NCBI GenBank assembly: GCA_037447435.1
Contig: JBBIGR010000006.1
Coordinates: 32,001-96,000, forward strand
Direction of reading: 5' to 3'
DNA length: 64,000 nt
From: Fibrobacteria bacterium
GTDB lineage: Bacteria > Fibrobacterota > Chitinivibrionia > Chitinivibrionales > FEN-1185
The position numbers and the translations under genes are program-made. How positions within the stretch are numbered: position 1 is the stretch's first letter; each line of letters starts with the position of its first letter. Positions 39,243 to 49,072 of the stretch are shown here, piece after piece. Under the pieces are notes generated by a model. The model was not told the DNA's origin and searched no databases. It worked only from the letters and a program-made list of their open reading frames with translations.

Positions 39243-41273
39243 TCATTCGAGAACGCCGTTGTATTCGTTCTCCCAGACAGCGTCTTCCATTTTCCATTTG
39301 GCCTGTTTTGACCAGTAGTCGTCGGGATAGGTTTTTTCGAGGTTTTTATACGCATCAATTGATTTTTGATACTCTTTGGTGTTTTTGTAAATGTTGCCGA
39401 TTTGGAAAAGGCCCCAGGGCGTTTCCTGATAGGTCGGGTATTTCCGCGTGACTTTCTGGTACAATTCGAGCGCCTGCGGAAATTCCTTTTGCTGGTATTT
39501 TTTATCGGCAATGCGGTAATACGCGTCGGGAACCCTGATGACCGTATTCGTTTTTTCACCATTGTCTATGATTTTTTTATAGGTTTCCAGGGAGCGGGAC
39601 ACATTTGACGCGTCGTTGTACGAACCCGCCAGTTTGAACAGGGCATATTGCTTGTCGGCAGGTTTTACCGCATTGGCGGACGCCTGCAAATACGCGTCGA
39701 TCGCTTTTCCCGGCTCGTGAAGGTCCGAATAGATATCGCCGAGTTTTTCGAATGCTTTGCTCGCCCACGGATGAGAGCGGTGTTTTTGAATGAATTCGCG
39801 GAACAGTTTTTCGGCCTGCGACGTCTCGCGCCGTTCGAAATAGCAATAGGCTTTGAAAAACATGCTTTGCGGGGCCAGCGTATGCATGGGGAAACGCTCC
39901 AACAGCTGGCTGAATTGATTCTCGGCATTTGTAAATATTCGCAGTTTCATGTAACAGATGCCGATGTCGTACAGGCACGGCGCAGCGACTTTGACCGCCG
40001 GATACGAGACGGAAACCTTTTTGAATTCCTTGATCGCGTTATCGTAATGCGCGGCCATGAATTCCTTGACACCCGCAAGCATCGCATGCCCGGCGTCGGT
40101 CAAGGTATCGGCAACGGCCATGGTCAGAAGCGAATCGATGCGCATTTCAACGGTGACCGACACCGATTCCGCGGCAACGGCCTCGAGTTGCGATTGGGGC
40201 TTTTCGACCGGTTTTTCGTCTTCACCGGGCTCTTTTGCTCCCGCGGGCAACGGCGTCTTATCGCCGACCACGGCTTTATAATGTTCCAACAGCGTCACCG
40301 CTTCCCGTTTCATGTCCCCCTCTGAGGCGGTTTCCAAATACTCGTTTAAGTTGGCGATGCCTTCCTTATAATTTTTTTCGGTCCCGAGGATTTTACCCAG
40401 ATAGAAATGCGCCGGGCCCGCGCCTTCGGGATAAGAAAAGGCCTTTGTGAAGTTTACCTTTGCAAGATCGGTTTGGCCCAGTTTATACCGTACAAGCCCG
40501 CCGTAATAGTACGCGGCCGAATATCCTCTGTCGAGCGTGACCGCTTTTTTAAGGAACGGCAGCGCCTCGTTGTACTTGCCCTGGTTGTACAGGGCCACGG
40601 CCTGCTGGAAACATTCTTCGGCCGACGAATTTGCCAGCGTCGGCGTTTTGGGCATTTCCTTGGACGGCGAAGAGGCCTTTGTTGCCTGTGCGGATTTCTT
40701 GGGCTGCGGCGCAGCTTTTTCCTTTTGGGCGGTTTTTAACGTTGTATCCTTTGATACGGTGTCTTTGGGTGCGGGAGCCGCTGCCGCAGGTTCTTCGACC
40801 GCAGGTTCGGGTTCGCCCTTGACTTTTCGGACGAGTTTATTGATCCGGGTTTGGATGCTGTCGAGCTCGGCAGGATCGCAGGACTGCTGGTAATGTTGAT
40901 ATTCGATAATAGAATTCTGGTATTGTTTGTCCTGCTCGTATGCCTCTGCAAGCATTTTTTCGGCCTTGCCCCAACCCGGATTATACGAAAGGGCCTTTTT
41001 GAGGTTGAAAATGACGAGACGGGGCTGGTTCTGCAATTTCCGTATTTCCGCGACTTGCATATACGCATTGTAATTGTCGGGATAGGCGGTGAGTAATTTC
41101 CGGAACTCGTCCAAAGCCTGATCGTATTTGTTTTCGCTTTTGTATTTTACGCCCAAATGATAATGGATGTAGTCGTCGGTTTCTTCCGCAAAGCAAGGAC
41201 AAACGCATGACGCCGCGACCGCCGCAACGATATACAAAGCGAATAACATGTTGGCTTTAGGACCAATTCCCAT
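39243..41273 (-). CDS. Exported multi-TPR protein (C-terminal half CpoB/YbgF-like)
   Basis: Signal-like N-terminus; many TPRs; Pro/Ala/Lys linker; repeated A...F..L...YP motifs. Confidence 0.82.
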   Translation of the reverse strand: MGIGPKANMLFALYIVAAVAASCVCPCFAEETDDYIHYHLGVKYKSENKYDQALDEFRKLLTAYPDNYNAYMQVAEIRKLQNQPRLVIFNLKKALSYNPGWGKAEKMLAEAYEQDKQYQNSIIEYQHYQQSCDPAELDSIQTRINKLVRKVKGEPEPAVEEPAAAAPAPKDTVSKDTTLKTAQKEKAAPQPKKSAQATKASSPSKEMPKTPTLANSSAEECFQQAVALYNQGKYNEALPFLKKAVTLDRGYSAAYYYGGLVRYKLGQTDLAKVNFTKAFSYPEGAGPAHFYLGKILGTEKNYKEGIANLNEYLETASEGDMKREAVTLLEHYKAVVGDKTPLPAGAKEPGEDEKPVEKPQSQLEAVAAESVSVTVEMRIDSLLTMAVADTLTDAGHAMLAGVKEFMAAHYDNAIKEFKKVSVSYPAVKVAAPCLYDIGICYMKLRIFTNAENQFSQLLERFPMHTLAPQSMFFKAYCYFERRETSQAEKLFREFIQKHRSHPWASKAFEKLGDIYSDLHEPGKAIDAYLQASANAVKPADKQYALFKLAGSYNDASNVSRSLETYKKIIDNGEKTNTVIRVPDAYYRIADKKYQQKEFPQALELYQKVTRKYPTYQETPWGLFQIGNIYKNTKEYQKSIDAYKNLEKTYPDDYWSKQAKWKMEDAVWENEYNGVLE

Positions 41274-41334
41274 ATGTTCAACTCCAAAAATGTAAAAAAC
41301 GAACGATTATCGTGAGATTTAAATCAATATAATA

Positions 41335-41363
41335 ATTATATAGTCTTGGCATCCCCAAGTAAA
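41335..41363 (-). promoter_or_regulatory. Putative sigma70 promoter for the TPR gene
   Basis: Minus strand TTTACT-17 nt-TATAAT. Confidence 0.5.
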
Positions 41364-41379
41364 GTATCATCGAGCGCTT

Positions 41380-42744
41380 TTATGCCCGTGAAACCGTTAT
41401 GGCGTTTTGTGTTAGGGAAACAACGGATCCGACCACCGTTTCCTTTATGATTTTTTCCAATGCCCCCGCTTTGATTACCGTGTTGGGATAAATCGATTGG
41501 GCGCGCATTTCCGGAATGGTAAGCGTTTTCAATTTTTCGTCCAATCGTTCCAACGTACCCTGCAACATCGCGACTTTCTCGAAACTTTCGATTCCTTTTT
41601 GCTTCAACGATTCCAATCGAGCCACCGATCCCGGCCCCAGCTCGCCGTTTTGGTCCATTTCTTCTTTTACCAAGGTATACATGGATGTTTTCACATTGCC
41701 GGTTTCGGCGGTCGTTGCGGCGAGGTCTTTAAGCAAATCGTATTTTTGCTTCAAAAGCACGCTCATTCCTCCCAAATCAACTATCGTCCGCGGTTCGGCA
41801 GGGGTTCCGACAGCTTCGACATCGATGGATTTTCCCGCTGAAACGGTACCGCCGACAACGGACTTCGCCCTCACGGCATCTTCGGCCCATACCGTGCAAT
41901 GCAAAAGGTCTTCGGCAACGGTAAGACACATCGTTGAAATGGAGAAATTCTGGCAATGTTTCATGGTTACCGTACCTTCGCATTCGATACGGCCGTGTCC
42001 CGAACCCGCTGCCCCGCCCGACACGACGAGGTCTCCGCCGCATTTTACAAATGCGTCTTCCAGGTTGCCGGCAATGGTCACGTTGCCTTCGGCTTCGACG
42101 CTAAATCCGCTGCGGACCGTGCCGTTGACAATTAAATTTCCCAAAAATTTGATGTTGCCGGTATTGTAATCGATATCTCCCGGGATTGTTTTTTCATCCA
42201 GCACCAGGGCTTTTCCATTCGGGAAAACCGCAACCGCGCCGTCGGTATCGGCAACCAGCACGTTTTGATCCTCTTCCAAAAAACGGGTTCCGGCGCCGGC
42301 AATGAGTTTGAGAATTTGCGGAGGATTGCAATGAATTGCTTTTCCGAGAACCGAGATCCCGTCGGAGCCGGGCACCGGCGGCGTCAGCCTCAGAATAGGC
42401 GTATTTTTCCGTACATTGACAATATAGCCGATGTCCCGGTGATCGACTTTGCCTCCCGATAAAGCCTTGGGCTTGCCGCGCGAAGAAACGTCGACGAGGA
42501 TTTCTATTTTGCCCGCAACCGGTTGCACCGGTGCGACGCCGGTCGCGATTTCCACCTTCAGATTGCAGGTTTTATTGTCTGCAACGGCACGTAGTTTCGA
42601 TTCATTCAGACCGATAACAATCCCGCGCTCGGCGCAAAACGATTGCAATTCGGTATAGGAAGGGAAGAACTCGAGCATATTTTCCGACAGGAAAATAAAC
42701 GCGCGCAGCCCGTCGGCGGAAACGGAAATATCGATATCGGTCAC
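41380..42744 (-). CDS. fapA: Flagellar assembly protein A (DUF342) family
   Basis: ISVSADGLRAF, IATG..P, VDHRDIG, G.DG.SVLG, GDIDYNTGNIKF.G...V.G.V..GF.V.A.G, IYPNTVI. Confidence 0.85.
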   Translation of the reverse strand: MTDIDISVSADGLRAFIFLSENMLEFFPSYTELQSFCAERGIVIGLNESKLRAVADNKTCNLKVEIATGVAPVQPVAGKIEILVDVSSRGKPKALSGGKVDHRDIGYIVNVRKNTPILRLTPPVPGSDGISVLGKAIHCNPPQILKLIAGAGTRFLEEDQNVLVADTDGAVAVFPNGKALVLDEKTIPGDIDYNTGNIKFLGNLIVNGTVRSGFSVEAEGNVTIAGNLEDAFVKCGGDLVVSGGAAGSGHGRIECEGTVTMKHCQNFSISTMCLTVAEDLLHCTVWAEDAVRAKSVVGGTVSAGKSIDVEAVGTPAEPRTIVDLGGMSVLLKQKYDLLKDLAATTAETGNVKTSMYTLVKEEMDQNGELGPGSVARLESLKQKGIESFEKVAMLQGTLERLDEKLKTLTIPEMRAQSIYPNTVIKAGALEKIIKETVVGSVVSLTQNAITVSRA

Positions 42745-43739
42745 CAGTCACCCGCTTTGGGCGCATCGGTGATGACGCCGCCGTTTGCCAGATAATTATT
42801 GATATAATCCGCTATGGAGTCTTCGAGAGACCGGCACACGTGAGCGCAGCCTGCGGCATGCAGCTTTGTCAAGTCGGCCTGGGTAAAATACTGGTATTTA
42901 TCCCGTATCGATTCGGGCATCGGTTTATATTCGATATTTTTTGTTTTTCCTAGCGCCGTAAACATGGCGGAAGCGACATCGTTCCACGACCTTGCCGCCC
43001 CTGTTCCGATATTGTAAATTCCCGATACGCTACGGTTATGGAGGAAAAAAAGCATCATATCGACCGCGTCTTTCACGTAAATGAAATCGCGTTTCTGGTC
43101 GCCGTGCCCGTATCCTTCCCGATGCGACTGGAACAAGACCATTTTCGATTCGTTCTTTACGCCCCGATAGGCTTTATTGATGACGCTTCGCATATCGGCT
43201 TTGTGGTTTTCGTTGGGCCCGAACACATTGAAAAACTTTAATCCGACGATATGGGACAGCCATTTATTCTTCCTGGCCGCGCAATCGAACAGATGTTTGG
43301 AATATCCATACATGTTAAGCGGTCGGAGCGTTTCGAGTTTCGATTCGTCGTCGCAATATCCCTGCGCGCCGTCGCCGTAGGTCGCGGCACTCGACGCGTA
43401 AATGAACCGTGTTGACTGATGATACGCCCACCATTGTCCGATGCGCAAGGTATACCGGTAATTGTTTTCCATCAGATAGTCGGCATCGGACTCGGTTGTC
43501 GAGGAGCAGGCGCCCAAATGGAATATCGCTTCGATGTCTTGGCCGAAATCGCCGCTTTCGAGTTTGGAAATGAAGACGTCCCGGTCGAGATAATCGGCAA
43601 ACTGCAACGCCACCAGGTTTTTCCATTTTTCCGATTCGCCAAGATGGTCGACGACCAGGATATCCTTTATTCCCGCTTGATTGAGCCGCCATACCAGGAC
43701 ACTGCCGATAAATCCCGCACCACCGGTTACAACAATCAC
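42741..43739 (-). CDS. hldD: ADP-L-glycero-D-manno-heptose 6-epimerase
   Basis: VTGGAGFIGS, HLGACSSTTE, YASSAATYG, PLNMYGYSK, FFNVFGPNE.HK..M.S, RDFIYVKD, YQYFTQAD. Confidence 0.93.
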   Translation of the reverse strand: MIVVTGGAGFIGSVLVWRLNQAGIKDILVVDHLGESEKWKNLVALQFADYLDRDVFISKLESGDFGQDIEAIFHLGACSSTTESDADYLMENNYRYTLRIGQWWAYHQSTRFIYASSAATYGDGAQGYCDDESKLETLRPLNMYGYSKHLFDCAARKNKWLSHIVGLKFFNVFGPNENHKADMRSVINKAYRGVKNESKMVLFQSHREGYGHGDQKRDFIYVKDAVDMMLFFLHNRSVSGIYNIGTGAARSWNDVASAMFTALGKTKNIEYKPMPESIRDKYQYFTQADLTKLHAAGCAHVCRSLEDSIADYINNYLANGGVITDAPKAGDW

Positions 43740-43915
43740 AAAACGCTCCTTGGAAAGTAAAAAAAGCCCTGCAGGCTTGACACAGGGCGTCCCCTATTGG
43801 AGAAAATATATATTATACCAGTATTTTTCATGGATGTTCGCAAGTATTTTTACCGGGGATTTTGCCCCATCCGTGAAACACCAATCACGGTCATGCCAAT
43901 GCCCTGAAAGGCCGT

Positions 43916-44641
43916 ATGAAAAAATGTGATAAATGCGGATTTGAATCGGCGGACATTTCCGCTGCATTCTGTTCGGTATGCGGCAGTGCGTATTCCTTCG
44001 GTTCGCCGGGTAAGCCGTCCCATGAAACTATCGCATGGGAAAACCTGGGAAATCTCGGTATCGCACGCGCGCTGTTTACAACCTGCAAAGAATGCCTGGT
44101 TTCTCCTTTTGCCTTTTTTGAAAAATTCGGTCCGAAACCGAATGCGAAAATGTCTTTTTTATATGCGCTTATTTTGGGGTCCATCGGTTCGTTACTGGGA
44201 TTTATCTGGACGGCGCTCATAATGGCGTGGTTGCCGCTGGACATTCCATGGCTTAATTCTTTTTCGTCAAAAGCCTATTCCGCAACGGGACTGATTTTCA
44301 TCCCTTTTTTTTCGGCGTTTAAAACCGTTATCAGCGCGGTCTATTTTCAGACCCTTTTGGTATTGACCGGTTCAAGAAAAAGGAACCTCGCTTCGACTTT
44401 TTCCATTGTTTGTTATACGGAAAGCGCGGCAGTGCTCAACGTAATCCCCGGGCTCGGCGGCTTGCTCTCATTGGTTTGGTCTTTTGTCATGCTCGCGGCA
44501 GGACTCAACCGGGTGCATAAAATTTCCACGTTAAAAGCGGCGCTTATCATTCTTTTACCCTTGCTCATGATTTGCATCATTGGTATAATTGCAGTGGCCC
44601 TTATTGTCGGGGCCGGAATGATTTTTGGCGGCATGCTGTAA
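43916..44641 (+). CDS. YIP1-family membrane protein with N-terminal zinc ribbon
   Basis: CDKCG...FCSVCG; IAWE; P..FF; about five TM segments. Confidence 0.75.
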   Translation: MKKCDKCGFESADISAAFCSVCGSAYSFGSPGKPSHETIAWENLGNLGIARALFTTCKECLVSPFAFFEKFGPKPNAKMSFLYALILGSIGSLLGFIWTALIMAWLPLDIPWLNSFSSKAYSATGLIFIPFFSAFKTVISAVYFQTLLVLTGSRKRNLASTFSIVCYTESAAVLNVIPGLGGLLSLVWSFVMLAAGLNRVHKISTLKAALIILLPLLMICIIGIIAVALIVGAGMIFGGML

Positions 44642-44762
44642 TTGCGGTATTAAAAAAAACGTAATCGCCGTAATTTCGGTTAAGATTTGCTTTCGATAGA
44701 CCGATACTAAAAACAGGACCGTATGGATTCCTGTTTGGCGCATCGGATATAAGGAAATTGCC

Positions 44763-45023
44763 ATGGCTAATTCAATAAATATGCTTCTGGACGTCAATGT
44801 CCCGATTTCCGTACAACTCGGACAAACCCGCATGTCGATTCGCGAACTTTTAAACCTGAAAAAAGGCAGCCTTGTCCAGCTCGACCGCATGGCCGGTGAA
44901 CCGGTGGACACTTTTCTCTCCGGCAAAATGATTGCCAAAGGCGAAATTACCGTTGTCGACGACAGATTGTCGGTGCGTATCGGGCAATTATACGGGGAAA
45001 AAGAGAAGTTCAAACATTTGTAA
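44763..45023 (+). CDS. fliN: FliN/SpoA-family flagellar motor switch protein
   Basis: LLDVNVPISVQLGQT.M.I..LL.L..GS.V.L...AGEPVD...G..IAKGE..VV. Confidence 0.85.
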   Translation: MANSINMLLDVNVPISVQLGQTRMSIRELLNLKKGSLVQLDRMAGEPVDTFLSGKMIAKGEITVVDDRLSVRIGQLYGEKEKFKHL

Positions 45024-45055
45024 TGACAGCGCCTCCCGCACGATCCGCTCGACGA

Positions 45056-46147
45056 TCAAAACGCAACCTTGAGCGACAGCCGCAGCGGCGAATAATCGAC
45101 ATCATCGAAACGAAACGCATAATCCAGGGAATAATTCTTATACGTAACTCCGGCACCGCAGGTAAACACGTTTTGCGACACACCCAAACGTAATGCAACC
45201 ATATTGAAAACCTGTGCTTCGATTCCGCAATGGTAGGTGGTTTCATACGACCGTTCCAATGCCGCAGTCACAAGCCAATTAGCGCCCAGCAAATGGGTTT
45301 TATCAATATAGGCGATACCGTAATACTGGCTTAAATCGACTGTTTCCTGGTAATTATCGGGAGAATGCAGCCACACCTCTTTGGTCCCTAATAAATCTTT
45401 TACCGTCGCACCCACATACACTTCCCGGTCTACCATTTTTTGCTGTAAATCATAGTCGAGACTGACCCGGAGCAAAAGCCCGGCATCGCAGTTTATGTTC
45501 ATGCCCATGCGGACTTTACCGGACGGATTAAGGGTTTGCCAGAATTCCTTGAAGTTAATGCCGGCGGAAAGGTCCATCGGCATAGGATAATTGTAGGTTT
45601 CGGGACGCCCGATAGGCACTGAAAACAGCTTTGCAAGCGATACCGTGACCATGTTTTGATCGTTGTAAAAATACCCGTTGTTGCTTGCATCGGCGCGCAT
45701 GCTCGGGTCGTTCAGCCGTTCGGTCTCGGTTCCCGGCAATGAGTCCCAGAGCGAAATCGCTCCGCTTTGAAACCGCACGTACATCGCCGCGACGCTCATT
45801 TGCTCCTGTAAAGGCACATGCGCCGCAACGCAGCCGTGCGTCGACAAGCCGCCGTATAGCCGGGCATATTCCGCGGAAACCTCGTATTTATCAATAAATG
45901 CGTGCGCCGCGGGATTCCAGAAAATACTGACCGCGTCGAGCGGGATGGCCACGCCCGCGTCGCCCAATGCCGCAACACGGCACGATGAGGGAACCTGATC
46001 GAGCTCCAGCGCATACCGCACAACATCGGTTTGGCAATATACCGCGTACCATAGGCAAACGATAACCGGCGCAATCAATCGCATGCCGGGAACCTTGCCG
46101 CGTTTTTTTGGGGACAACATGAAACGCATGATGTTGTTTGTGTGCAT
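45056..46147 (-). CDS. PorV/UPF0164-like outer-membrane beta-barrel (true start may be 46084)
   Basis: L..VPSSCRVAALGDAGVA....VSIFWNPAA matches the PorV/FadL-like N-terminus; ends YSLDYAF...LSLKVAF with a terminal Phe. Confidence 0.7.
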   Translation of the reverse strand: MHTNNIMRFMLSPKKRGKVPGMRLIAPVIVCLWYAVYCQTDVVRYALELDQVPSSCRVAALGDAGVAIPLDAVSIFWNPAAHAFIDKYEVSAEYARLYGGLSTHGCVAAHVPLQEQMSVAAMYVRFQSGAISLWDSLPGTETERLNDPSMRADASNNGYFYNDQNMVTVSLAKLFSVPIGRPETYNYPMPMDLSAGINFKEFWQTLNPSGKVRMGMNINCDAGLLLRVSLDYDLQQKMVDREVYVGATVKDLLGTKEVWLHSPDNYQETVDLSQYYGIAYIDKTHLLGANWLVTAALERSYETTYHCGIEAQVFNMVALRLGVSQNVFTCGAGVTYKNYSLDYAFRFDDVDYSPLRLSLKVAF

Positions 46148-46162
46148 AAATGGTTTGAGTTT

Positions 46163-46191
46163 ATCATAAAATGCAAGCCGAACAAAGTCAA
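46163..46191 (-). promoter_or_regulatory. Putative sigma70 promoter
   Basis: Minus strand TTGACT-17 nt-TATGAT. Confidence 0.55.
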
Positions 46192-46226
46192 CTCAAAACG
46201 CGAATTTTAACGGGAATGAAAAGGAA

Positions 46227-47159
46227 TTAATCGACCATGGTGTCGGTAGGAAGGACATAATCGGCAGGATTGACAACGGTTCCGAGTTTATGCACTTCAT
46301 AATGGAGATGCGGTCCGGTACTTCTTCCGGTACTACCGATGTACCCGATCAGGTCCCCGCGTTTAACGGCCTGACCTTCGGAAACCGCAGCGCGCAACAG
46401 ATGGGCGAAAACGGTCTTGAATCCGCTTGCAGGATGGGAAATCATGACTACATTGCCGAAATAATCCTTGTAGCCGACAAAAGCGGTAACGCCATCTGCG
46501 GTTGCATGCACGGGTGTCCCGATGGTATTTGAAATATCGAGACCTTCATGAAACACATTCAAACCCGTAAAAGGATGGATGCGATAGCCGAAAACCGACG
46601 TCAACCTCCCCCATACCGGCATGACTGCGGGACGTTGTTTCCACACATCGATTTGCTTGTCGACATTTGAGGTCATGGAACTAAAGGTCGTATCTTCGAG
46701 CTTTACCTGTCGTAAAAGCGTTTGGATATTTTCTTTTATCGTATCGGTTTTCATGAGAACAGGATCTGCAAAGGAGGAAAAAGAGGCTTCGGTAAAGTCG
46801 GGCCGGCCGCCGACACCGACATTGCGGATATCGGTACTGATGGGGTCCATTCCAAAAGTAAGACGGGTTTTATCTTCGAACGACATACATTTATCGATTC
46901 GACTCGCTTCTTCTTTTGTAATTTTAGAGAGAAATTGCACTTTGAATCGAAGTTGCTGGTTTTCTTTAAGTTGATAATACATACTCAGTTTTGCAAAACC
47001 ATACGAGGAAATAAAATACAGACATCTGCCGACCCCAAGGGTTCCGAGAAAAACGAAAATTAAAACGGTTATGATAATGCTGCGGCTGCAAGGCACTTTT
47101 ACGATGCGCCCCGTGCCTTCCTTGGTAACCAGCAAAATCGACCAATTTAATTTCTTCAT
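46227..47159 (-). CDS. M23 family metallopeptidase (peptidoglycan endopeptidase)
   Basis: SVFGYRIHPF, HEGLD, TVFAHL, GSTGRSTGPHLHYEV; N-terminal TM and coiled coil. Confidence 0.92.
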   Translation of the reverse strand: MKKLNWSILLVTKEGTGRIVKVPCSRSIIITVLIFVFLGTLGVGRCLYFISSYGFAKLSMYYQLKENQQLRFKVQFLSKITKEEASRIDKCMSFEDKTRLTFGMDPISTDIRNVGVGGRPDFTEASFSSFADPVLMKTDTIKENIQTLLRQVKLEDTTFSSMTSNVDKQIDVWKQRPAVMPVWGRLTSVFGYRIHPFTGLNVFHEGLDISNTIGTPVHATADGVTAFVGYKDYFGNVVMISHPASGFKTVFAHLLRAAVSEGQAVKRGDLIGYIGSTGRSTGPHLHYEVHKLGTVVNPADYVLPTDTMVD

Positions 47160-47246
47160 TTTCTCCTACCGAAAACAAGGGACATGAAACAATTATCGAC
47201 CGGCATTATCACCAATATATTCTATTGGAAATACCTATTCAATATA

Positions 47247-47276
47247 ATTATAGTAATAGACCTTTAACCAAGTCAA
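47247..47276 (-). promoter_or_regulatory. Putative sigma70 promoter
   Basis: Minus strand TTGACT-18 nt-TATAAT. Confidence 0.55.
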
Positions 47277-47309
47277 TGAATATCTTGTGAAAAAAAGCCC
47301 AAAACAAAT

Positions 47310-49037
47310 TTATGCCGTTACCAACTTAATTATGGTTTCTATGCATGTTGCAACGGGAATTTTTTCAAACGCCTTTTCAGAACGTCGTTTAAACTCAATT
47401 ACGCCCTCTTTAAGCCCGCGAGCGCCGACGGTGACTCTAAAAGGACATCCGATCAAATCCGCGTCGATAAACTTGACGCCGGGCCGTTCGGACCGATCGT
47501 CGAGCAATACATCGATGCCGATTGCTTCCACCGCATCATGGATTTTTTGCGACAATGCCATGGATTCCGGATTGGCCGGATCCAAACATAACACGGTTAA
47601 CACGTAGGGAGCGATCGGCGCCGGCCACGCGATACCGTTTACGTCGTTGTTTTGTTCAACTGCAGCGGCTGCGGTTCGGCCTATGCCGATGCCGTAGCAG
47701 CCCATAGTCATGAGGCATTCGTCGCCTTTGTCGGACAAAAATCCGAGTTTCATGGGCTTGGAATATTTTTGTCCCAACTTGAATACCTGGCCGACTTCAA
47801 TACCTTTTTTCATTTGCAGGACGCCGTTGTCGCATCGCGGGCAATGGTCGCCTTCTTTTACAAAACCAAGGTCTTCGTATCGTGCGAATTTACAATCGCG
47901 CGAAGGCCATACATTGTCGAGATGAAAACCGTCTTTATTCGCGCCGCAAACGCCTTTGTTTATAGACAAAACAGAATCGTCGGCAATGACTTCTTTTAAT
48001 CCCGGACAATCGAGCCCGTAGGGACCCATATATCCGACGGCAAGGCCCAGTTTTTTACGCACGATTTCATCGGAAGGAATGGTCACCGTTGTCGCCTGTA
48101 AAAGGTTTTTCAATTTGATTTCATTGACCAGTAAATCGCCCCGGATGCACACGCCGACATAATACGAGCCGTTATCGATATCGTACACGATCATTTTTAT
48201 GGTCGATTGCGGAGAAATCTTGAGGTATGCCGAGACATCCTCGATACTCGATTTGCCCGGTGTCGCAATTTCAGTCGGTTGCAAAGCGTCGGCCGGAACC
48301 GCGCCAGGGTGCCCGTCCTTTTTGGCGACCGCCTTTTCTATATTCGCGGTGTAATCGCATTTGTCGCAAAACGCAATAGTGTCTTCACCCGATTGCGCCA
48401 GCACATGGAATTCGTGCGTCACGCTGCCGCCGATATTGCCCGAATCGGCCTCGACCGGCCTGAAGGTAAGGCCGCAACGGGAAAAGATCCTATTGTAGGC
48501 CTCATACATTATCCAGTACATTTCGTCGAGGGATTTTTCGTCGGCATGAAACGAATACGCGTCTTTCATGATGAATTCGCGTCCGCGCATAAGACCGTAG
48601 CGGGGCCTGACTTCGTCGCGGAACTTCGTCTGAATTTGATACAGACAAACGGGCAAATCGCGATAGGAACGTATCGACTTGCGCACGACGTCGACGATGA
48701 CTTCCTCATGCGTCGGGCCGAGGCAAAACTGGTTGTTTTTCCTGTCGGTCAACCGAAGCAGCTCGGGACCGTAATAGTCCCATCTGCCGGATTCTTTCCA
48801 AAGGTCGGCAGTGACAACCATGGGCAGCAATAGTTCGGTCGCATTGCATCGCGCCATTTCCTGTCGGACAATGGTTTCTATTTTTTTGATGACCCGTAGC
48901 CCGAGCGGCAGATAATTGTAAATGCCTGAGCCGAGTTTTTGAATCATACCAGCACGCAACATGAGTTTGTGACTGATGGTTTCGGCTTCCGCCGGATCTT
49001 CGCGAAGCGTGTGGATAAAGGCGTTTTTCCAAAACAT
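47310..49037 (-). CDS. proS: Prolyl-tRNA synthetase (bacterial type with editing insertion)
   Basis: SHKLMLRAG, LGPTHEE, YQIQTKFRDE.RPR.GLMRGREF, GIEVGQVFKLG.KYS, MGCYGIG; start MFWKNAF. Confidence 0.96.
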   Translation of the reverse strand: MFWKNAFIHTLREDPAEAETISHKLMLRAGMIQKLGSGIYNYLPLGLRVIKKIETIVRQEMARCNATELLLPMVVTADLWKESGRWDYYGPELLRLTDRKNNQFCLGPTHEEVIVDVVRKSIRSYRDLPVCLYQIQTKFRDEVRPRYGLMRGREFIMKDAYSFHADEKSLDEMYWIMYEAYNRIFSRCGLTFRPVEADSGNIGGSVTHEFHVLAQSGEDTIAFCDKCDYTANIEKAVAKKDGHPGAVPADALQPTEIATPGKSSIEDVSAYLKISPQSTIKMIVYDIDNGSYYVGVCIRGDLLVNEIKLKNLLQATTVTIPSDEIVRKKLGLAVGYMGPYGLDCPGLKEVIADDSVLSINKGVCGANKDGFHLDNVWPSRDCKFARYEDLGFVKEGDHCPRCDNGVLQMKKGIEVGQVFKLGQKYSKPMKLGFLSDKGDECLMTMGCYGIGIGRTAAAAVEQNNDVNGIAWPAPIAPYVLTVLCLDPANPESMALSQKIHDAVEAIGIDVLLDDRSERPGVKFIDADLIGCPFRVTVGARGLKEGVIEFKRRSEKAFEKIPVATCIETIIKLVTA

Positions 49038-49072
49038 GACACTTTCCTTTTTTTTATCGAGGTCCGTTCCCG

